Shown here: piece by piece, positions 39,401-49,713 of the stretch
Position numbering within the stretch: the first letter of the stretch is position 1
How the letters are laid out: every line of letters starts with the position of its first letter
Origin: the human T2T-CHM13v2.0 reference genome, Homo sapiens
Assembly: GCF_009914755.1 (NCBI RefSeq)
Contig: NC_060944.1
Strand: one strand, 5' to 3'
Length of the DNA: 64,000 nucleotides
Program-made: the position numbers and the translations under genes
Notes under the pieces: generated by a model
Database searches by the model: none
Seen by the model: only the letters and a program-made list of their open reading frames with translations
Told to the model about the DNA's origin: nothing

Positions 39401-42400
39401 GTCTGCAGCTCCACGACCCTCAGACTAGTACAAGACCTCTCCCTGGGTCGCCAGCTTCCTGACCCTCGAACTACAACAAAATTGCTCCTCCCTGCATCTG
39501 CAGCTCCACGACCCTCACACCAGAAGAAGACCTCTCCTCCCTGGGTCGCCAGCTTCCTGACCCTCGAACTACAACAAAATTGCTCCTCCCTGGGTCTGCA
39601 GCTCCACGACCCTCAGACCAGAACAAGACCTCTCCTCCCTGGGTCGCCAGCTTTCTGACCCTCGAACTATAACAACAATGCTCCTGCCTCAGTCTGCAGC
39701 TCCACTACCCTGAAACTCGAACAAGACTTCTCTTCCCCGGGTTGCCAGCTACCGGACCCTCGAACTACAACAACATTGCTCCTCCCTGGGTCTGTAGCTC
39801 CACGACCCTCAGACCAGATCAAGACCTCTCCTCCCTGGGTCACCAGCTTCCGGACCCTTGAACTACAACAAAATTGCTCCTCCCTGGTTGGCAGCTCCAT
39901 TACCCTCAAACTCCAACAACACTTCTCCTCCCCGAGTTGCCAGCTGCCAGAACCTCGAATTACAACAACATTGCCCCTCCCTGGGTCTGCAGCTCCACGA
40001 CCCTCAGACTAGTACAAGACCTCTCCCGGGGTCGCCAGCTTCCAGACCCTCAAACTACAACAAAATTGCTCCTCCCTGGGTCTGCAGCTCCACGACCCTC
40101 ACACCAGAAGAAGACCTCTCCTCCCTGGGTCGCCAGCTTCCTGACCCTGGAACTACAACAAAATTGCTCCTCCCTGCGTCAGCAGCTCCACGACCCTCAG
40201 ACCACAACAAGACCTCTCCTCCCTGGGTCGCCAGCTTTCTGACCCTCGAACTATAACAACAATGCTCCTGCCTCAGTCTGCAGCTCCATGACCCTGAAAC
40301 TAGAACAACACGTCTCCTCCCTAAGTCTCCAGCTTCCAGATCCTCGAATTGCAACAACGTTGCTCCTGCCTGGGTCTTCAGCTCCACAAAAATCAATCTA
40401 GAACAAGACCTCTCCTCCCTGGGTCGCCAGCTTCCAGACCCTCGAACTACAACAAAATTGCTCCTCCCTGGGTCAGCAGCTCCACGACCCTCAGACCACA
40501 ACAAGACCTCTCCTCCCTGGGTCGCCAGCTTTCTGACCCTCCAACTGTAACAATAATGCTCCTGCCTCAGTCTGCAGCTCCACGACCCTGAAACTAGAAC
40601 AAGACGTCTCCTCCCTAAGTCTCCAGCTTCCGGATCCTCAAATTGCAACAACCTTGCTCCTGCCTGGGTCCTCAGCTCCACAAAAATCAATGTAGAACAA
40701 GACCTCTCCTCCCTGGGTCGCCAGCTTCCTGACCCTCGAACTACAACAAAATTGCTCCTCCCTGGGACAGCAGCTCCGTGACCCTCAGACCAGAACAAGA
40801 CCTCTCCTCCCTGGGTCGCCAGCTTCCTGACCCTCGAACTACAACAAAATTGCTCCTCCCTGGGTCTGCAGCTCCACGACCCTCAAACTCGAACAAGACT
40901 TCTCTTCCCCGGGTTGCCAGCTACCGGACCCTCGAACTACAACAACATTGCTCCTCCCTGGGTCTGTAGCTCCACGACCCTCAGACCAGATCAAGACCTC
41001 TCCTCCCTGGGTCACCAGCTTCCGGACCCTTGAACTACAACAAAATTGCTCCTCACTGGGTTGGCAGCTCCATGACCCTCAAACTCCAACAACACTTCTC
41101 CTCCCCGAGTTGCCAGCTGCCAGAACCTCGAATTACAACAACATTGCCCCTCCCTGGGTCTGCAGCTCCACGACCCTCAGACTAGTACAAGACCTCTCCC
41201 GGGGTCGCCAGCTTCCAGACCCTCAAACTACAACAAAATTGCTCCTCCCTGGGTCTGCAGCTCCACGACCCTCACACCAGAAGAAGACCTCTCCTCCCTG
41301 GGTCGCCAGCTTCCTGACCCTGGAACTACAACAAAATTGCTCCTCCCTGCGTCAGCAGCTCCACGACCCTCAGACCACAACAAGACCTCTCCTCCCTGGG
41401 TCGCCAGCTTTCTGACCCTCGAACTATAACAACAATGCTCCTGCCTCAGTCTGCAGCTCCATGAACCTGAAACTAGAACAAGACGTCTCCTCCCTAAGTC
41501 TCCAGCTTCCAGATCCTCGAATTGCAACAACGTTGCTCCTGCCTGGGTCTTCAGCTCCACAAAAATCAATCTAGAACAAGACCTCTCCTCCCTGGGTCGC
41601 CAGCTTCCAGACCCTCGAACTACAACAAAATTGCTCCTCCCTGGGTCAGCAGCTCCACGACCCTCAGACCACAACAAGACCTCTCCTCCCTGGGTCGCCA
41701 GCTTTCTGACCCTCCAACTGTAACAATAATGCTCCTGCCTCAGTCTACAGCTCCACGACCCTGAAACTAGAACAAGACGTCTCCTCCCTAAGTCTCCAGC
41801 TTCCGGATCCTCAAATTGCAACAACCTTGCTCCTGCCTGGGTCCTCAGCTCCACAAAAATCAATCTAGAACAAGACCTCTCCTCCCTGGGTCGCCAGCTT
41901 CCTGACCCTCGAACTACAACAAAATTGTTCCTCCCTGGGTCAGCAGCTCCACGACCCTCAGACCACAACAAGACCTCTCCTCCCTGGGTCGCCAGCTTTC
42001 TGAACCTCCAACTATAACAACAATGCTCCTGCCTCAGTCTGCAGCTCCACGACCCTGAAACTAGAACAAGACGTCTCCTCCCTAAGTCTCCAGCTTCCGG
42101 ATCCTCGAATTGCAACAACGTTGCTCCTGCCTGGGTCTGCAGCTCCACGAACATCAAACTAGAACAAGACCTCTCCTCCCTGGGTCGCCAGCTTCCTGAC
42201 CCTCGAACTACAACAAAATTGCTCCTCCCTGGGTCAGCAGCTCCACGACCCTCAGACCAGAACAAGACCTCTCCTCCCTGGGCCGCCAGCTTCCTGACCC
42301 TCGAATTACAACAACCTTGCTCCTCCCTGGGTCTGCAGCTCCACAACCCTGAAACTAGAACAAAATTTCTCCTACCTGAGTCGCCAGCTTCCTGACACTC

Positions 42401-45390
42401 GAACGACAACAAAATTGCTCCTCCCTGGGTCGGCAGCTCCACGACCCTCAAACTCGAACAAGACTTCTCCTCCCCAGGTTGCCAGCTACCGGACCCTCAA
42501 CTTACATCAACATTGCTCCTCCCTGGGTCTGCGGCTCCACGACCCTCAAACCAGAACAAGACCTCTCCTCCCTGGGTCGCCAGCTTTCTGACCCTCGAAC
42601 TAAAACAACAATGCTCCTCCCTGGGTCAGCAGCTCCACGACCCTGAAACTAGAACAAGACCTCTCCTCCCTGGGTCGCCAGTTTCCGGACCCTTGAACTA
42701 CAACAAAATGGCTCCTCCCTGGGTCTGCAGCTCCACGACCCTCGAACTCGAACAAGACTTGTCTTCCCCAAGTTGCCAGCTACCAGACCCTCGAACTACA
42801 ACAACATTGCTCCACCCTGGGTCTGTAGCTCCACGACCCTCAGACCGGATCAAGACCTCTCCTCCCTGGGTCGCCAGCTTCCGGACCCTCAAATTACAAC
42901 AAAATTGCTCCTCCCTGGGTCGGCAGCTCCACGACCCTCACAATAGAACAAGACCTCTCCTCCCTGGGTCGCCAGCTTCCGGACCCTTGAACTACAACAA
43001 AATTGCTCCTCCCTGGGTTGGCAGCTCCACGACCCTCAAACTCCAACAAGACTTCTCCTCCCCGAGTTGCCAGCTGCCAGACCCTCGAATTACAACAACA
43101 TTGCCCCTCCCTGGGTCTGCAGCTCCACGACCCTCAGACTAGTACAAGACCTCTCCCTGGGTCGCCAGCTTCCTGACCCTCGAACTACAACAAAATTGCT
43201 CCTCCCTGGGTCTGCAGCTCCACGACCCTCAGACCAGAACAAGACCTCTCCTCCCTGGGTCGCCAGCTTTCTGACCCTCGAACTATAACAACAATGCTCC
43301 TGCCGCAGTCTGCAGCTCCACGACCCTGAAACTAGAACAAGACGTCTCCTCCCTAAGTCTCCAGCTTCCGGATCCTCGAATTGCAACAACGTTGCTCCTG
43401 CCTGGGTCTTCAGCTCCACAAAAATCAATCTAGAACAAGACCTCTCCTCCCTGGGTCGCCAGCTTCCTGACCCTCGAACTACAACAAAATTGCTCCTCCC
43501 TGGGTCGGCAGCTCCACGACCCTCAAACTCCAACAAGACCTCTCCCTGCATCGCCAGCTTTCTGACCCTCGAACTACAGCAACGTTCCTCCTGCCTGGGT
43601 CTGCAGCTCCACCAACAGCAAACTAGAACAAGACCTCTCCTCCCTGGGTCGCCAGCTTCCTGACCCTCGAATAACAACAAAATTGCTCCTCCCTGGGACA
43701 GCAGCTCCATGACCCTCAGACCAGAACAAGACCTCTCCTCCCTGGGTCGCCAGCTTCCTGACCCTCGAACTACAACAAAATTGCTCCTCCCTGGGTCTGC
43801 AGCTCCACGACCCTCAAACTCGAACAAGACTTCTCTTCCCCGGGTTGCCAGCTACCGGACCCTCGAACTACAACAACATTGCTCCTCCCTGGGTCTGTAG
43901 CTCCACGACCCTCAGACCAGATCAAGACCTCTCCTCCCTGGGTCACCAGCTTCCGGACCCTTGAACTACAACAAAATTGCTCCTCCCTGGGATGGCAGCT
44001 CCATGACCCTCAAACTCCAACAACACTTCTCCTCCCCGAGTTGCCAGCTGCCAGAACCTCGAATTACAACAACATTGCCCCTCCCTGGGTCTGCAGCTCC
44101 ACGACCCTCAGACTAGTACAAGACCTCTCCTCCCTGGGTCGCCAGCTTCCAGACCCTCGAACTACAACAAAATTGCTCCTCCCTGGGTCAGCAGCTCCAC
44201 GACCCTCAGACCACAACAAGACCTCTCCTCCCTGGGTCGCCAGCTTTCTGACCCTCCAACTGTAACAATAATGCTCCTGCCTCAGTCTACAGCTCCACGA
44301 CCCTGAAACTAGAACAAGACGTCTCCTCCCTAAGTCTCCAGCTTCCGGATCCTCGAATTGCAACAACGTTGCTCCTGCCTGGGTCTGCAGCTCCACGAAC
44401 ATCAAACTAGAACAAGACCTCTCCTCCCTGGGTCGCCAGCTTCCTGACCCTCGAACTACAACAAAATTGCTCCTCCCTGGGTCGGCTGCTCCACAACCCT
44501 GAAACTCGAACAAGACTTCTCCTCCTTGGGTTGCCAGCTTCCGGACCCTCAAATTACAACAACATTGCTCCTCCCTGCGTCGGCAGCTCCACGACCCTCA
44601 AACTAGAACAAGACCTCTCCTCCCTGGATCGCCAGCTTCCTGACCCTCGAATTACAACAAAATTGCTCCTTCCTGGGTCGGCAGCTCCACGAACGTCAAA
44701 CTAGAACAAGACCTCTCCCCCCTGGGTCGCCAGCTTCCGGACCCTCGAACTAAAACAACAATGCTTCTGCCTGGGTCTGCAGCTCCACGACCCTCAAACT
44801 AGAACAAGACCTCTCCTCCCTGGGTCGCCAGCTTCCTGACCCTCGAACTACAACAAAATTGCTCCTCCCTGGGTCTGCAGCTCCACGACCCTCAAACTCG
44901 AACAAGACTTCTCTTCCGCCGGTTGTCAGCTACCGGACTCTTGAATTACAACATTGCTCCTCTTTGGGTCTGTAGCTCCACGACCCTCAGACCAGATCAA
45001 GACCTCTCCTCCCTGGGTCACCAGCTTCCAGACCCTCGAACTACAACAAAATAGCTCCTCCCTGGGTCGGCAGCTCCACGACCCTCAAACTCCAACAAGA
45101 CTTCTCCTCCCCGGGTTGCCAGCTGCCGGACCCTCGAATTACAACAACATTGCTCCTCCCTGGGTCTGCAGCTCCACAACCCTCAGACCAGAACAAGACC
45201 TCTCCTCCCTGGGTCTCCAGCTTCCTGACCTTCGAATTACAACAAAATTGCTCCTACCTGGTTTGGCAGCTCCACGACCCTGAAACTAGAACAAGACCTC
45301 TCCTCCCTGGGTCGCCAGCTTTCTGACCCTCGAACTACAGCAATGTTGCTTCTGCCTGGGTCTGCGCTCCACGACCCTCAAACTAGAACA
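36403..45390 (+). repeat. Homogeneous core: alternating 49-bp A/B monomers (98-bp dimer)
   Basis: A=CCTCCCTGGGTCTGCAGCTCCACGACCCTCAAACTAGAACAAGACCTCT; B=CCTCCCTGGGTCGCCAGCTTCCTGACCCTCGAACTACAACAAAATTGCT; unit starts at 38461, 38510, 38559. Confidence 0.95.
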
Positions 45391-45806
45391 GCAGCACCAG
45401 CTGCTTCCTGGACTTCCAGCTCAATGACTCTCAGACTTCAAAGGCAGCAACGGCTCCACCCCCAGGCTCCATCTCCAACACCCTCAGATCTGAGCAGCGG
45501 CAGCACCAGCTCCTTTCTGGGTCTTCTGTTTCACGATCCTTAAATTAGAACAGCAGCACCATCTTCTCCCTGGGTCTCCAGCTCCACGAAACTCAAGCTA
45601 GAATAGCAGCACCGGCTCCTCTGGGATCTTCAGCTCCACGACCCTAAGACATCAGTGGCAGCACCGGCTCCTCCCCTGGACTCCAGCTCCAGGACCCTCA
45701 AACTTGAACAGAAACACCAGCTCCTCCCCAGGCCTCCAGCTCCTTGACCCTCATAAACAATCCCTTCTCATGAAATGTAGCAGTCAGGAAAACTGTAGAG
45801 GAAGTA

Positions 45807-45850
45807 AATAAATAAATGTTTTCCTTTCAAATTGATGTTTCTTTTCTGTT
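45807..45850 (+). terminator. Candidate Pol II polyadenylation signal
   Basis: Overlapping AATAAA at 45807 and 45811, CA at 45828-45829, then U/GU-rich TGATGTTTCTTTTCTGTT. Confidence 0.4.
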
Positions 45851-46099
45851 CACGCAAGTCAGAAAACTTTTCTACTTTCCATCAACCTTGCAACCTACTT
45901 GCATTCATTTGTAAGATGGAAATCCATCATTTGAAATAACCTTTAAAAACTTAGTAGTTCTTTTTTACTATGATCTTATCTCACAGCTCTAGAAACGATC
46001 TTTCACTTTGCCTGTGCAGAAGTCTTGTGAACATTCAAACTATGAATTTACTTGGTTGAGATTCCTAGAATACACATTATCCCCAGATGTTCCTGCCCT

Positions 46100-46920
46100 T
46101 CTTAAAATCTTCTAACACGTTCCCCTCACCCGAGCATACGTGCCAGGTCCTATCCACAGCCCACAGTGCCCAGCACGGCCCTGCCCTCTGCCCTGACCTT
46201 ATGGTCTCCCCTCTGCTGTTACTTTCCTCCCAGACAGGCCTCTGTCACTTCCTCAAACCACACAGGTTCAGGCCTGACTCCGGGCCTTTGCCCCTGCTGT
46301 GCCCCCTGCGTGGAGCGCCTTTCCCCGGCTCCCCATCCTCCTCTCCACCGGCTCAGCTCCAGCCTGCTGGCCGCCCCTCAGTCCATGAACACATGAAGTC
46401 CTCCCCCTAGGCCTTTGCACATGCTGTTCTCTGTGCCTGAAACCCGTCCCCCCTCACCATCTGCGTTCACTTTTCTAATTTCCGTTCATCCTTGGAGTCT
46501 CCCCTGAAATATCGCCCCCCGCCTGCCCCCACCACTTGGACTTAACCTTGCTTAGGTTGAAAACCCCCATCTCCTGACTCCAGGAAGCTAGATGCTATCC
46601 TGGCACTTGGAACTTTCCCATCACAGCGTTTTGCGCACTCGTAATTTATTCTATTAGGTTGGTGCAAAAGTCATCACAGTTTTGTCATTACTTTTAATGA
46701 ATGGCAGCGCCGGCTCCTCCCGCTTTTGATTGCCATTACCTTTACTGGCAAAAGCCGGAATTACTGCTGCATCAACCTAATAGAATAATTTATATTTATT
46801 CACCTATCATCTGTCTTCCCCTCTAGAAAGTAAGCTCCATGAGAATAGGGACCAAATCTACTCCAATCACTCCACCTTCCTAGCACATTGTCAATAATTA
46901 TTTACCGACTGACTGATGGA
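46100..46920 (+). mobile_element. L2 fragments hosting a MADE1
   Basis: GGCCTTTGCACATGCTGTTC..; CTAGAAAGTAAGCTCCATGAG. Confidence 0.65.
46654..46780. mobile_element. MADE1 (Hsmar1-derived MITE) with internal insertion
   Basis: TIRs TTAGGTTGGTGCAAAAG / GCATCAACCTAA with TA flanks; 127 bp versus ~80-bp consensus. Confidence 0.9.
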
Positions 46921-46929
46921 GAAATATCT

Positions 46930-47387
46930 TCATTGTTGCTGGGATGAGCCACATAACATGACACGCCCCTTTGAAAGTCAATGTCATGGACAGTTAGCAT
47001 TTGCTTTTCACTCCTGCACCTGTGGCTTGGCTGGGCTTAGGCTGATCTAGTCTGGGCTTGACTCCAGGCTGAGGGTTGGAACCCTGCGTGCTCCACACGC
47101 CTCTCATGCTGCAGCTGGAGCCGAAGTTCCCTGGGGCACGCTCGTCTCGTGGGAAAAATCAAGAGCATTAGAGGGCAGGCCTGGCAGTGCCAACACATTC
47201 CAGGCTTCTGCCTGTGCCGTGTCTATGAAAAAATCTTGTTGGCATAAGCAAGTTACCCAGCCACGAGCAATACCTATGGGATGGATAAGTCTATCCACCC
47301 TCCCTCGGGCCCTGGTAAGGACGTGGATGTGTCATACTCTTACAGGGGTAGTGAAATAGTGAGGCCCAACATTAAATCACCTACAGC
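46930..47387. mobile_element. MLT1G/H-like MaLR LTR
   Basis: GGCTGATCTAGTCTGGGCTTGACTCCAGGCTG..GCTCCACACG..TTGGCATAAGCAAGTTAC. Confidence 0.6.
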
Positions 47388-47484
47388 AAGATACATCAGC
47401 CTCTGTGTCCCCACGCTGGAATCATGTTTCACCAGCGGGTTTACCTGAGCTGACTCCCCTTTGCAATGGTGCCTGCAGGTTTAG

Positions 47485-48004
<520 letters not shown>

Positions 48005-48446
48005 TGCTTTATTTTTTTTAACAGTACTTGGAACCTTCTAATGTACTAGGTACACATGTATTTTCTTTTTTTCCTCTCTTCCCTAGAATAGGAGCTTAAC
48101 GTGGGCGAGTATTTTTGTTTATCTCATTTATCACCCTATCCCCAGTGGCTGGAATAGCGTCTGGCACATGAATGGTGTGTTCTAAATAAATATTTTTAAC
48201 AAATAAATGAAATATCCTACAAGAGAAAGCTAGTATTTGGAACTCACCCATCAACAGAACCAAAAAGCTGAAGACCTTCAGCCTGTCCCTACCTCTGAAT
48301 GCACCCAGCCCCAGCAGATTAAAAACAGGAACAAAGTTGGGGAAGGGAGCAGGTGGTGCCACCCCGACCAAGGACCCCTGAGGCTTAGGCTGAATTTGAG
48401 CTGGAGAAGGGACTAACCTAGGAACTGGGCGTGAGATTAAAGTTGA

Positions 48447-48798
<352 letters not shown>

Positions 48799-48903
48799 TA
48801 TTCCACTCATTATTAGCAAGTCTGCTATTATAAATCAAGGTGACCAAAATCCTAGGAAAACTTCCCCAGATGTCATCAAGGAGCAGAGACCAGAGACCTA
48901 TCA

Positions 48904-49177
48904 GCAGGATGGGGACTAGGGCGAGGCAGGGGAGGGAGGCGCTCATCTCTGGATTATCAGGATGCAGCAAATGAGGCATAAAATTTAAGGGGGCACCAAA
49001 AAATTCACGGATCAACATAAATAATATTTTAGTGCAGAATTTTTTTCAAAAGTTAAATTCAATGCAAAAAAAAAAAAAAAACCCTAATGGGAAAGTTATC
49101 AACATTTCAACTAAGACACAATTTGACCCTGTATTTGCATGACTTGGCCTCACTCACTCACCCTAATCTGGCCCCTG
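48904..49177. mobile_element. MER96-like hAT element
   Basis: Inverted ends GGACTAGGGCGAGGC / CACTCACCCTAATCTGGCCCCTG; internal AAAATTTAAGGGGGCACCAAAAAA. Confidence 0.6.
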
Positions 49178-49388
49178 CCTCACAGAAGCTGCTGGAATGC
49201 AGCGGCTAGAGAACAATGAAGCTGTTTTCTGCTCCTATCCAATTCAGACCTTCCATAAAGCAGCTACAGGTGAAATCGTGATGAGCCGCCTATGCCAACC
49301 AGGACCACAATCTACCATTAGGACCACAGTGACCGGGTCCATGTTGCCTGTCCCCAGCTGTGCCCGGACGCTTTGGCTTAGAGGCTCA

Positions 49389-49713
<325 letters not shown>

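Larger units (their letters stand above)
33529..45753 (+). repeat. ~12.2-kb tandem array (about 240-250 monomers of 49-56 bp)
   Basis: Continuous repetition of CTCCTCCCTGGGTC..CAGCT..GACCCTC.AACTA.AAC. Confidence 0.98.

Noticed and set aside
41228-42451. 407-aa ORF and the other 100-250-aa ORFs across the array
   Set aside because: By-products of the repeat: 294 bp is divisible by 3 and gives 98-aa periodicity; ORFs occur in several frames on both strands, many without ATG starts and with no recognisable domain
36403-45390. CRISPR-like look (palindromic repeat plus linker)
   Set aside because: Linkers are themselves repeated rather than unique spacers; no cas genes; primate DNA
36403-45390. 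CCTCCCT recombination-hotspot 7-mer in most monomers
   Set aside because: The following bases (GGGTC) do not fit the PRDM9-A 13-mer CCNCCNTNNCCNC, so binding is not supported
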